Source of the DNA: Desulfatiglandales bacterium
GTDB taxonomy: Bacteria; Desulfobacterota; DSM-4660; Desulfatiglandales; HGW-15
Assembly (NCBI GenBank): GCA_963667015.2
Contig: CAXXJJ010000004.1
Span: 768,001 to 832,000 of the forward strand
Direction of reading: 5' to 3'
DNA length: 64,000 bases
Shown: positions 52,054-61,354 of the stretch, piece by piece
Layout of the letters: each line of letters opens with the position of its first letter
Numbering within the stretch: position 1 is the stretch's first letter
Translations under genes and position numbers: made by a program
Notes under the pieces: generated by a model
Seen by the model: only the letters and a program-made list of their open reading frames with translations
Told to the model about the DNA's origin: nothing
Databases searched by the model: none

Positions 52054-52923
52054 CTATGCCCCTTCACGCTGCAGGATTCCGCGTTGCTTTAATGCTTCCA
52101 GGGTATCATCAACCGTCAGGCCTGCGGCTATGGTGGCAAAATTACTTATGCTTCTGTCGTCAATATCCAGATTTTCAGCCTGGAACTCGCCGGTAACCTT
52201 GTTCACCCATATAATGCCCGCTGCATCACCGCCGGACCATGATCCGCTGGTAACATCGATTTTTACAATTTCCCCTGTATCCGAACCGGTAGCCCCCACA
52301 ACCACATCACCAACCGCCGGTACATCTGTGCCACCGGAAGTAAACTCCAGGGGCCAGGCCAGGAAATCAGAATCTATGAGGGCGTCTCTCTCAATGCCAA
52401 CACCCTCGACGTCTGCATCCGAAGCATCGTAGGCATCGATTACAAAACCGGCAGGATCTTCGGTCCCGTCTACGGCGTCAAAATCAATCTTCTTGATCTT
52501 TCCAGACCCGGCGGAAACCGTAATGGTAAAGGTATCGCCGGCGTCAAAATCTTCGGTGCCGTCATTTAGTGTAAAGTTGATCTGCTCACTGCTGTAAGCT
52601 TCTCCTACCTTCGCCTGTCCCAGGGTAATATCGTCAGGGTCTTTAACTTCAAAAGTCCCGGCGTTGGCCGCTTCCGCAATACAGGTAAGGATATAGGTCC
52701 CCCGTTTTACCTGGCCGCCTGCGGTTACCGCTGTACATGTCCCGTCACCTGTGTTACTTCCTGCGGTACCTGAAGTCGGGCAGGATGTTTTCTCTTTTCC
52801 ATACACCGCGCCCATTGGCAGATCCTCGCCTGACAGCACGGTTACCTTTTCACGGGAAAATAGGTTTTCCTGCTCCCACTTGAGCAGATCGTTAAGCCTG
52901 TAAGGTTCTTTTAAATGTCCCAT
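52054..52923 (-). CDS. Head decoration protein (lambda D-like) with inserted domains
   Basis: DLLKWEQENLFSREKVTVLSG..GAVYG, AVDGTE, LKQRGILQR; start at MGHLKEP. Confidence 0.8.
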   Translation of the reverse strand: MGHLKEPYRLNDLLKWEQENLFSREKVTVLSGEDLPMGAVYGKEKTSCPTSGTAGSNTGDGTCTAVTAGGQVKRGTYILTCIAEAANAGTFEVKDPDDITLGQAKVGEAYSSEQINFTLNDGTEDFDAGDTFTITVSAGSGKIKKIDFDAVDGTEDPAGFVIDAYDASDADVEGVGIERDALIDSDFLAWPLEFTSGGTDVPAVGDVVVGATGSDTGEIVKIDVTSGSWSGGDAAGIIWVNKVTGEFQAENLDIDDRSISNFATIAAGLTVDDTLEALKQRGILQREGA

Positions 52924-52939
52924 TTTTTGTGCTCCTTTC

Positions 52940-53060
52940 AGTCGCGCCGAGCGCATAGCGCTTAGCGCATAGGGTTTTTATATGTAGGGGCGAATAATCA
53001 TTCGCCTGTTTTTGTTTTTGCAGCCTTTAACCATAAACCTCAGACCATAAACCCTAAACC
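52940..53060. repeat. Composite intergenic repeat: AGCGCAT heptamers, GTAG REP, ACCATAA heptamers
   Basis: agcgcat agcgctt agcgcat agg; GTAGGGGCGAATAATCATTCGCC; accataa acctcag accataa acc. Confidence 0.8.
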
Positions 53061-54337
53061 GAGGCGTTTTGCGCTTTCGCCCGGCTTTCCGCATCCGCCA
53101 GCAAGGCATTGGCATTACCTGCCGAAAGACCCGAGATTGTGGACACAATCTGTTTTGTGCTGCTTTGTTCCGCTTTAACTTCGAGTATTTTCTTTTGAGC
53201 GGCCTCAACCGATAGATTTTCTTTGATGAGAGTGCCTGCCAGTTCCGGCATTTCTGCCACCTTGCAAAGATCCATGATGCCGTTAATTCTGGTAAGTGTG
53301 TCTGTTTCACCTTTTGCCGATGCATCCTTTACCAGTTTATCCACTTCCTCCTGACTCAGGCCCTGCCCTTCGGGTATGGAAGCCTTTGGCACAAAATCGT
53401 ATTTTGCCAGGGCTTCTATCAGGTTTACATCCTTCTCTGCCATCAGGCTGGCCAAGCTGGTTTCTAATTCCTGCTGATTCATTGTTCTCCCTCCATGATT
53501 TAATATTATTGTATTCAGTACGCCGTCAAAGGACATAACTCCATCTGCCAGGCCCGCTTCGACAGCCTTCTTCCCTCGATAAGTTATAGCTTCCATTTCT
53601 TTTATTGCTTTAGTTGTTAGCCCCCGGTTTCTCGCCACAAGGTCCGCGAAAAGATCGTTTGTTTCATTCACCATTTCCTGGACCAGACTTCGAACATCAT
53701 CCGGCAACGGAGCATGAGGCGTGAAATCGTTTTTATGGCTGCCGGCATATATGGCAGTGTATTTCATGCCCTCTTTTTTATCGTGCTCGCTCTGATCCAC
53801 ATGGACCGCAATAACGCCAATACTTCCAACACCTGCTGTTCTGGTCACATAAACCTTTGATGCAGCACTGGCCAGGGCATACCCCCCCGAATAGGCGTGT
53901 TCATTTGATATTGCGATAATTTCCTTTTTGGCCCGGGCCTGATATATTTCATCAGCAAGGTCAAATACACCTGCAGCTTCACCGCCAAAGGTATCCACAT
54001 CCAGCAATACACTTTCCACCGCCGGATCATCCGTGGCTCGCCGGAAGTTAGATCGAATTTCTTCATAAGACATAATGCCCGACATTGCATCCAGCCATCC
54101 GGCCCGATGCACCAGTGATCCGTAAATGGGGACGATTGCCAGGTTTTCTATGTTATATGGGTCAATGCGCTCGATCGGGTCGAAGGCCTCTGAATCCACC
54201 TTGATGGGAAATCCGTTATCCAATCCGATACGCGGACCTATAATATTAAGAATCACATTCAGCTTATCCGGATGAATCATTAACGGTGTATTAATAATAC
54301 GTGTTGCAAGCCTGGCGAGTATTGCCTTATCTTTCAT
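53054..54337 (-). CDS. S49 prohead protease/scaffold (lambda gpC-like)
   Basis: LLDVDTFGGEAAG, AYSGGYALASAA, VGSIGVI; scaffold-like C-terminus. Confidence 0.9.
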   Translation of the reverse strand: MKDKAILARLATRIINTPLMIHPDKLNVILNIIGPRIGLDNGFPIKVDSEAFDPIERIDPYNIENLAIVPIYGSLVHRAGWLDAMSGIMSYEEIRSNFRRATDDPAVESVLLDVDTFGGEAAGVFDLADEIYQARAKKEIIAISNEHAYSGGYALASAASKVYVTRTAGVGSIGVIAVHVDQSEHDKKEGMKYTAIYAGSHKNDFTPHAPLPDDVRSLVQEMVNETNDLFADLVARNRGLTTKAIKEMEAITYRGKKAVEAGLADGVMSFDGVLNTIILNHGGRTMNQQELETSLASLMAEKDVNLIEALAKYDFVPKASIPEGQGLSQEEVDKLVKDASAKGETDTLTRINGIMDLCKVAEMPELAGTLIKENLSVEAAQKKILEVKAEQSSTKQIVSTISGLSAGNANALLADAESRAKAQNASV

Positions 54338-55869
54338 TTTTTATCCCCTTCCCCTGTATCATCTTCATAATCGTCAGCTGCTATGGAAGGTGCCCCCTGC
54401 AGCTTACCGCTTCCATCTGTTTTGCGAGGATCACTGTCGTACACTAAACCTAATGCATCCTGCCTTTTATTCTCTTCAGCAATTTCCTGATCTATCTTGG
54501 CACTGTCATGGCCGCTTTCACCATTCAACATGGTCAGCGATTTAAAACCGGAGCGTCTGGCTCCCTTTGCAGCTTTAAGATCTTTTTCAGGATCCACCCA
54601 TGGCCAGCCGTCAATATCCCATGCGACCTTGAAATATTTTTTAGGGCTGGAAGCATAACCGGGTATATCAAGAGCTCTTGATAATACTGCTGTGTTCATG
54701 AATTCTCTTGCGATAGGTCGGCACATCTGGAAAACAAGCACGTTGTTTATGATCATTTTGCACCAGCGCTGAAACTGCAGGTTGCCCTGGCGGATGGAAG
54801 TGTAATTGACATCTTTCAGGTTACCGGTGTACATCTCATAACTCATGTTACCGAAACCCCTGGCAATGCGCCTGTCCTGCCGTTGTGTAAAAGCCTCGTA
54901 ATTACCGCCAACATCGGCAGGCTCTGAAAATGACACCTTGTATCCTGAAGGCAGAACCGGAAATGTACCGGGCTCAAGAGGATCAATTTCCCTGTTCTGA
55001 TCATCATTAGTGGGTATACCGCCCAGACCGCCGAAATCCCCTGCAGGTACGGATGCATCTTTGTAAATAAACCCGCCAAACATGGCCGCGCCTTTTTTGC
55101 GGACTATTTCGGCATCGTCAAATTCATTAAGATCGTGCTGGGCAAGTATTACAGAGGCAAGCCATGGAGCCCCCCTTTTCTGGCCGGGCCGTTTAGGCCG
55201 GAATATATGCAGCATCTGGCTTGCTGGTATCCTTATACGCTCCGAAGAATAACCGGAGCTGAGAAAGTATTCTCCCGGGTGTTCCTTAAAAGGCCAGAAG
55301 GCAACACGCTTACCACGTTTATCAAACTCGATACTCATGCGGATTTCGTTGCCGTTGGGCGCAATATCGTTGTAGGTAGGATCCAGATGATCCGCCTCTA
55401 TAAGCTGAAGCTGAAAAGGCACGCTTAAGCCCGAATCCCACCGGCGGGTTTTAAAATGTATAAGCAGCTCACCAGATTCTACCAATGACAAGGCTGCCAG
55501 GGTCTGAAGACCATAAAAATCCAGCACCTCATCAGCATCGCACTCGTTTACCCAGTCGTCCCACAACGCTATAATTGCAGCTTTTATTTCCGGGTCCTGC
55601 ATCAGCCATCGGGGAGTAATACCGCAGCCCACCAGGTTGGCAGCCAGTGTGTCCTGGCCTCCTGTCATGTTGGGGTCGTTACGTATAAGCTGGCGGGACC
55701 GGTACTTAAGGGTGTTTAAAGAACCGAACAGCGCTGTATTAGGCCCTGACGAAGACATACCCCAGGTACCCAGCCTGCGACCATAGGTAGCACCCTCAAA
55801 ATCACTGGACATGGTCGTTCGCGGATAAGGCCTGCCGTATTGATCCACTATTTGCAATTGTTTTGACAT
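54334..55869 (-). CDS. Portal protein, lambda family
   Basis: LKYRSRQLIRND, QLQLIEADHL, RPGQKRGAPWL, VNYTSIRQG, WPWVDPEKD. Confidence 0.93.
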   Translation of the reverse strand: MSKQLQIVDQYGRPYPRTTMSSDFEGATYGRRLGTWGMSSSGPNTALFGSLNTLKYRSRQLIRNDPNMTGGQDTLAANLVGCGITPRWLMQDPEIKAAIIALWDDWVNECDADEVLDFYGLQTLAALSLVESGELLIHFKTRRWDSGLSVPFQLQLIEADHLDPTYNDIAPNGNEIRMSIEFDKRGKRVAFWPFKEHPGEYFLSSGYSSERIRIPASQMLHIFRPKRPGQKRGAPWLASVILAQHDLNEFDDAEIVRKKGAAMFGGFIYKDASVPAGDFGGLGGIPTNDDQNREIDPLEPGTFPVLPSGYKVSFSEPADVGGNYEAFTQRQDRRIARGFGNMSYEMYTGNLKDVNYTSIRQGNLQFQRWCKMIINNVLVFQMCRPIAREFMNTAVLSRALDIPGYASSPKKYFKVAWDIDGWPWVDPEKDLKAAKGARRSGFKSLTMLNGESGHDSAKIDQEIAEENKRQDALGLVYDSDPRKTDGSGKLQGAPSIAADDYEDDTGEGDKK

Positions 55870-55968
55870 ATATTCTGTCTTTGCCTTTCGGTTTTTAACC
55901 TTGAGCCTTGTGCTTCCACGTTTTTGCTTTTCCTATAGCCCACAGCCCAAACAGCTGCAGCCTGTCTT

Positions 55969-56190
55969 TCAAAGTCCTTTACTGGTAGAAATTAAAATTG
56001 TCCTGCCGCCCTGACTTGTCTTCAGATCGCTTTGTATTTCAGAAAGTAATGTTCTAAGTTGAGGTAAATCTGCCTGGCCTTTTTCCATGGTCCTGCCTTT
56101 AAAGGAATATTTAACAACCCGTTCCCCGGTAGCCAGTGCCATAACAGCCGCTTTAACATTTTCCAGATCTTCTCGTGTGTAAAGACCCAT
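55969..56190 (-). CDS. gpW-like head-tail joining protein
   Basis: YTREDLENVKAAVMALATGERVV...TSKGL immediately before the portal. Confidence 0.8.
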   Translation of the reverse strand: MGLYTREDLENVKAAVMALATGERVVKYSFKGRTMEKGQADLPQLRTLLSEIQSDLKTSQGGRTILISTSKGL

Positions 56191-56277
56191 ATTTCCTCTA
56201 TCCCTGCGTAGATTCCGAAGCCGCACGCTTTCTGACTTCCGACTTCTGACATCTGACTTCTGTTATTTTTTGCCCCC

Positions 56278-56333
56278 AAAAAAAAGGCCGGAAACACATG
56301 AAACTCGGTGTGGGTTTCATGTATCACCGACCT
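56278..56333 (-). terminator. Intrinsic terminator in the head-operon leader
   Basis: Minus strand AGGTCGG-tgatacatgaaac..gtttcatgtgttt-CCGGCC followed by T8. Confidence 0.7.
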
Positions 56334-56973
56334 AAATTGTACCCTGGTAATACACCGGCCAGTGTATTACCAGAGCTTGGGGTTTACCTTGTTAAATGCT
56401 GTATAACAGCCCGGTATGCCGGATTTAACAGGGTGAATCTTTTTTTTGGTGAGGGCAGCTCCGCCTTTATTAAAAAAAAAGACGGAGCCTGATCAATCTA
56501 TCCATATGCCTCACATAGTGGGTTAATTTTCAGGGAATTTTTTTTAAAGGTCAATCAACTACTTTCAGTTTTATATAGATTTTGATATTCACTTGGGAAG
56601 ATTTATGTAAATTAAGGGTAAAAGGGAATGCGACTTTTCCAAGGCTTATTTGCAGATAAAATGAGAAAAAAAGCTGTGATTAAAAAAGCGGTAATCATTT
56701 TATTGACCAATGCATATACATTGGAGATATCCGCAGTTTCAGGCAAGTATGGAAAAGTTGGATCATGGCAAGCTATGTTGTGAGATTGGTTATGTTGTGT
56801 GTTTTAATTCCCTCCATATAATTCATCATTTAATTCCAAAAGAAAGATTAAGTATCCATTTTATTCATCTAATTTCTCATCATTTAGCTTTCCAATACAA
56901 AGCGTCCCTCTATGCATACCAGTCCATTTTAATCTAAAGTCGTTTTTTCACCTTGATAACAAGGGAGGGAACG

Positions 56974-57384
56974 ATGCATGAGGAGAATGTTTTAAAGAAG
57001 CGGCCTTGCAGGATCTGTAGGCGCTGGTTTATGCCTAACTCAAGAGTGAAAGACCGCCAAATGACCTGTGGTGACCCTGGATGTAAGAAGGAATGGCATA
57101 GAAGGAAGTGCAGAGAGTGGAACAGAAAGAACTCCGACTATTTTCGAGCCAATTACCTTCAAAAGAAACTCAATGCAGCCTGCCAGTCCGGAACCCCTTC
57201 CTCACTCCAGTCAAAGACCCGGTTAAAATCCGGACTACCCCATTTGTTAGTTCAAGAGGTGATAAGCATTCAACATCTTATAATCGTTGAGTATTTCGGA
57301 CAACTGCTCTTCAGACGATTTCAAGAGGTGTTACGAGCTCAACTAACTGTTATGACAAGGAAAATAGATCGACTACCCCCTTAA
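56974..57384 (+). CDS. RIT accessory Zn-finger protein
   Basis: RPCRICRRWF..RQMTCGDPGCKKEWHRRKC; GGGAGGG RBS. Confidence 0.75.
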   Translation: MHEENVLKKRPCRICRRWFMPNSRVKDRQMTCGDPGCKKEWHRRKCREWNRKNSDYFRANYLQKKLNAACQSGTPSSLQSKTRLKSGLPHLLVQEVISIQHLIIVEYFGQLLFRRFQEVLRAQLTVMTRKIDRLPP

Positions 57385-57456
57385 ATGTTTTCAAGATGTG
57401 ATCGACTCTTTCCTGGATTTGCAGGTATATTTACCTGAAAAACTCAGGAGTTGACT

Positions 57457-57858
57457 ATGATAAAGAAAAAGATTCTCAACCCGAATCGAATCAGACATAT
57501 TGAAGGAGGGTTCGGTTTTTTACCTCACCGACTTCTGACTGATGAGTTTCTTGCGTACATGGAACAGGAAGAGATCCTGTTATACTCCTTCCTCATACTT
57601 GCTGCAGATAGATATGGGTTATCTTTCTACTCCTATGATGCCATTTGTTCTTTGCTCCGGCTTTCTATGGATGAGTATATTGAAGCCCGGGATGGGCTCT
57701 TAAAGAAAGATTTAATTGCCTTTGACGGAACACTTTATCAGGTACTTTCCCTGCCTCCGAAACCATTATGGGAAAAAACTTTACATAAAGGCCAGAGTAA
57801 TTCAAGAGTCAGCGGGCTGATACAGGAATCACTTTTGGAGGTTCAAAGTGATCCTTGA
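57457..57858 (+). CDS. RIT accessory winged-helix-like protein
   Basis: GGFGFLPHR..LLYSFLILAADRYGLSFYSYDAICSLL..ARDGLLKKDLIAF. Confidence 0.7.
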   Translation: MIKKKILNPNRIRHIEGGFGFLPHRLLTDEFLAYMEQEEILLYSFLILAADRYGLSFYSYDAICSLLRLSMDEYIEARDGLLKKDLIAFDGTLYQVLSLPPKPLWEKTLHKGQSNSRVSGLIQESLLEVQSDP

Positions 57859-59026
57859 AGACAGCCGGAGATTAATGGACTCGATCCGGGATTATATGCA
57901 TTGGGTCAAATCAATTGAGAAGGAAAAGGGGAGCAGATCCCATAAGCGTTACAAGCATATCCTGATCGACTTTCTCTTCTATGTAATCCATAAAGATATA
58001 ATATGGGAAAACATATTTACTAATGGTACTGCAGAAGCCTTTCAAATATATAGCGGTTATAAGAATGCCTATTCTGCACTTAGGTCGTTATCAGACTATC
58101 TTTTCAGCCGGGGAGTTATCGATCATACCCTGAATCAAAAAAATGCTGCGCCACCTTTACCGGATATTTATGAAGAATACCTCCTTCATCACTCTCAATC
58201 TCTTGACAGTTCTCCTACACACATCAAACGGATCAGGAGGGTTCTGAGCTCATTCCATGAGTATCTGGAAAAAAATGACATCTCCCTTTCAAAGCTTAAA
58301 ATCGAACATTGCGATGCCTTCATGGCAACATTCAAGGTGTCGGACTATAGCCGCAGGCTCTATCGTTATTGCCTCAGAGGTTTTTTAAAGCACCTCTATC
58401 ATGAAAAGAAGATTATCATAAGGGATTTAGCCCCGTTTCTTGTCGGCCCTCCTCAATTTGCCCAGAAAAGGCTGCCAAGGTTTTTACGTCCAAAGCAGGT
58501 AAAAGAACTCTTTGCCTCCCTGGAGCTTTCCACACCCACACAAATGAGAACCTATGCCCTGATACACCTGGCTTACTCTCTGGGTCTCAGGCCTGCGGAG
58601 ATCAGTAAGATTACGTTAGATGATATCTTTTTCCAGCAGAGAAAACTCACCCTCCAGGAAAGAAAAGGAGGGGATGTCATCACCCTGCCTGTACCTGAAA
58701 ACACCATTAAGGCTATTGCTCTTTATATCTCTAAAGGAAGACCGAAGGGCTCATCAAAATATCTGTTTCTTAATCATCACTTTCCCTTTCATCCTATGAA
58801 AGCCAATAACGTTGTCGGATCTATAGCAAGGGCCATGAAACAGGCCGGACTCCCCTCATCTGCTTACTGGCTCAGGCACACTTATGCACAGAATCTTCTC
58901 CATATGGGCCGATCCATTTATGAGGTAAAAGAAATGATGGGGCACCAGAACATACAGTCAACCCACAGATATCTTCATATCAGTACAGAGCTTATGAGAA
59001 AGGTCATATTCAATGAAGAACTTTGA
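57848..59026 (+). CDS. Tyrosine recombinase (RitA-like)
   Basis: LGLRPAEI, YWLRHTYA, MGHQNIQSTHRY. Confidence 0.9.
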   Translation: MILEDSRRLMDSIRDYMHWVKSIEKEKGSRSHKRYKHILIDFLFYVIHKDIIWENIFTNGTAEAFQIYSGYKNAYSALRSLSDYLFSRGVIDHTLNQKNAAPPLPDIYEEYLLHHSQSLDSSPTHIKRIRRVLSSFHEYLEKNDISLSKLKIEHCDAFMATFKVSDYSRRLYRYCLRGFLKHLYHEKKIIIRDLAPFLVGPPQFAQKRLPRFLRPKQVKELFASLELSTPTQMRTYALIHLAYSLGLRPAEISKITLDDIFFQQRKLTLQERKGGDVITLPVPENTIKAIALYISKGRPKGSSKYLFLNHHFPFHPMKANNVVGSIARAMKQAGLPSSAYWLRHTYAQNLLHMGRSIYEVKEMMGHQNIQSTHRYLHISTELMRKVIFNEEL

Positions 59027-59987
59027 AAGTTTTCTTGCTCCGCAACTAAATGATTATCTTACTTATCGTCAAGGCCTGGGATACAGCATAAAATTATCCC
59101 AGGCTAATCTTCTGGTCCTTGATCGATATTTAAAAGAGACAAACGCTGACTGGCATTCTCTTCAATCTTTTTACTTTCTTGAGATGAGATCCAGCCTGGA
59201 GTTAGAGCCACGTGGTGTCAACAGGGTGATCTCCTCAGTGAGGGTCTTTTTTAATTACCTCTTACGACAGGAGCTCCTGGTTGAAAACCCCCTTCGGGAC
59301 ATTCCCTCTCTCAGGGAAAACAGCATCATTCCTTTTGTTTTCTCCTGTGAACAAACCGATCAATTACTAAATGCCGCATGTAACAGATTAAGAAAAAAGA
59401 ATCAGTATTTTCTGACTGACCTTGCGGAGTACCTTGTTATTCTTTTATTGGCACGATGCGGTATGAGGATATCAGAACCACTGAAACTTATGAGACATCA
59501 TTACAACAGGGATGACGCTACCCTGTATATTAAAAAGACCAAGTTTAAGAAACAGAGGTTGATCCCCATACCAGGGGACGTAAAATCGGAGATAGAAAAC
59601 TATCTTGCTGTGCGCAGGCATGCATGCCCCAATGATGAGAATCCATATCTACTGGCAGGGAAAGGCCTCAAAGCCATAAGAGACTATCGTATACGCAATT
59701 TATTCCATAAAGCCGTAGAAGATATCGGGCTTGACCAGCCAAGAAAAATCATAGGGAATGTGAACTTCAGTCAGCCCACACCTCATAGCCTCAGACACAG
59801 TTTCGCAGTAAATACCCTGCTGAACGTTAAAAAACGAGGACAATCTCCGCAGAATGCCCTTCCGGTGCTTGCTGCTTATATGGGCCATGCGGAATACAAA
59901 TACACCAGTGTTTATCTCAGGGTCATGGATGCGATCAGCCGTAAAAATCTGGTGGATTTTTCTTTATGGCAGAAGAGGAAGGAATGA
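59013..59987 (+). CDS. Tyrosine recombinase (RitB-like)
   Basis: CGMRISE, TKFKKQRLIP, HSLRHSFAV, LPVLAAYMGH..TSVYL. Confidence 0.9.
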   Translation: MKNFESFLAPQLNDYLTYRQGLGYSIKLSQANLLVLDRYLKETNADWHSLQSFYFLEMRSSLELEPRGVNRVISSVRVFFNYLLRQELLVENPLRDIPSLRENSIIPFVFSCEQTDQLLNAACNRLRKKNQYFLTDLAEYLVILLLARCGMRISEPLKLMRHHYNRDDATLYIKKTKFKKQRLIPIPGDVKSEIENYLAVRRHACPNDENPYLLAGKGLKAIRDYRIRNLFHKAVEDIGLDQPRKIIGNVNFSQPTPHSLRHSFAVNTLLNVKKRGQSPQNALPVLAAYMGHAEYKYTSVYLRVMDAISRKNLVDFSLWQKRKE

Positions 59988-61003
59988 AGATATCTACTGC
60001 TGTCCATAAGTTCTTTGAACAATACCTTCCCCACATCAAGGGAGTAAGTCATAATACTGTCAAATCCTACCGTGATACCTTCAGGCTTTTTCTGCCTTTT
60101 ATTGCAAAATATTATGACAACAAAATAAGCTCTCTCAAGGTGGAGCATATCTCATCAGAGGTGATTATTGCATTCCTGAACGAACTGCAGATTGAGCGTA
60201 ATAATCTTGCAAAGACCCGGAATCAAAGACTGGCTGCCATTAAGTCCTTTGCTAAAATGATCCGGTTTATGTGTCCCGAATACAGGGAACTGGCAGACAG
60301 GATACTTAATATTCCCCAGAAGCGCACTCAGAAAACGCTGGTAGGATTTCTCTATCAGGATGAGATTCTAAAGGTCTTTCAATGTGTAGACATCAAAAAA
60401 AGGGACGGCTTCCGCGATTATACCCTGCTTCATCTTCTCTATGACTCAGGGGCCAGGGCCAGTGAGATCACAGCCCTTAATATCGATTACTTCGATCCTG
60501 ACCATAATACACTTGCCATCCTGGGAAAGGGGAATCGCTTCCGCATCATACCACTTGAAAAAAGAACTTCTCAGCTCTTGCAGCTTTATATCAAAAAATA
60601 TCGTGTAGAGCCGAAAGCGCAATACAAACACCGTATCTTTATCAATCAAAGAAGAGAAGAGCTTACAAGGCATGGTATTTATCGTCTCTGTAAAAAATAC
60701 CTTTCTATAGCCATCCCGGCAAAACGACTAAAGTACATCAACCCTGCACACAGTTTCCGGCATTCAAGAGCAGTGGACCTCCTTTACCGCGGTGAATCTA
60801 TCACGGATATTAAAAACCGTTTAGGACATGACAATATCCAGTCAACAACTATTTATCTCCATCTTGATCTCAAGCACAAACGCGATATACAAAAGCTCTT
60901 TATCAGATATATGAAATCGGTAATCATATCCGATTCAAAAATACAAGACCTACTTCAATGGGAGAGTGACAAAGATATGATGGCATGGCTTGATAGTTTA
61001 TAG
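59984..61003 (+). CDS. Tyrosine recombinase (RitC-like)
   Basis: SHNTVKSYRDTF, TRNQRLAAIKSF, SGARASE, HSFRHSRA, LGHDNIQSTTIY. Confidence 0.9.
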   Translation: MKISTAVHKFFEQYLPHIKGVSHNTVKSYRDTFRLFLPFIAKYYDNKISSLKVEHISSEVIIAFLNELQIERNNLAKTRNQRLAAIKSFAKMIRFMCPEYRELADRILNIPQKRTQKTLVGFLYQDEILKVFQCVDIKKRDGFRDYTLLHLLYDSGARASEITALNIDYFDPDHNTLAILGKGNRFRIIPLEKRTSQLLQLYIKKYRVEPKAQYKHRIFINQRREELTRHGIYRLCKKYLSIAIPAKRLKYINPAHSFRHSRAVDLLYRGESITDIKNRLGHDNIQSTTIYLHLDLKHKRDIQKLFIRYMKSVIISDSKIQDLLQWESDKDMMAWLDSL

Positions 61004-61206
61004 ACCGGGAGAACATCCTGCCGGTTAAAGGAATAAGTATAATAGGCGGAATATTATTATGTTATCAGTTCTATCTCTGTCATCATCAAAAAGCAGGATA
61101 ACTCATTGCTTTTTATGGTTATTTGAAATATCCGAAGACTTGTTCTGATAACTTCCTTTTTTCAATGGGTTAAGTGAACTCGCAACATAAGGCAAGATAT
61201 CTGTAC

Positions 61207-61277
61207 TTTTAACGATTGAGTTCATTTGCATTTTAAATTAGAACTGAAAAATGTCAGGTGCAAACGATTTGATAAAT
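61207..61277 (-). other. Degenerate attC-like site
   Basis: Minus strand ATTTATC-aaatcgt-TTGCACCTGAC-ATTTT..AAAAT-GCAAATGAA-ctcaatc-GTTAAAA; R'' matches 5/7 of the expected GTTTAAC. Confidence 0.5.
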
Positions 61278-61354
61278 GGTCTGATTCTTCATCTCATATT
61301 CTTAACATCCAGAGACAATTTTGGTAAAGTGTAAAGCGGTCTTTCATCTGAAGC

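Larger units (their letters stand above)
56773..61190 (+). mobile_element. RIT (recombinase-in-trio) element with two extra 5' genes
   Basis: Three overlapping tyrosine recombinases; ends TATGTTGTGAG / CTCGCAACATA (10/11 inverted); flanked by GGCAAG at 56767-72 and 61191-96. Confidence 0.8.

Noticed and set aside
53337..53345. DnaA-box-like TTATCCACT
   Set aside because: Single mismatched box inside a coding region; expected by chance.
57848..61003. One of the tyrosine recombinases as the missing integron integrase
   Set aside because: The overlapping trio and motifs fit RIT recombinases; no IntI-specific insertion recognised. The phage Int is also not IntI-like.
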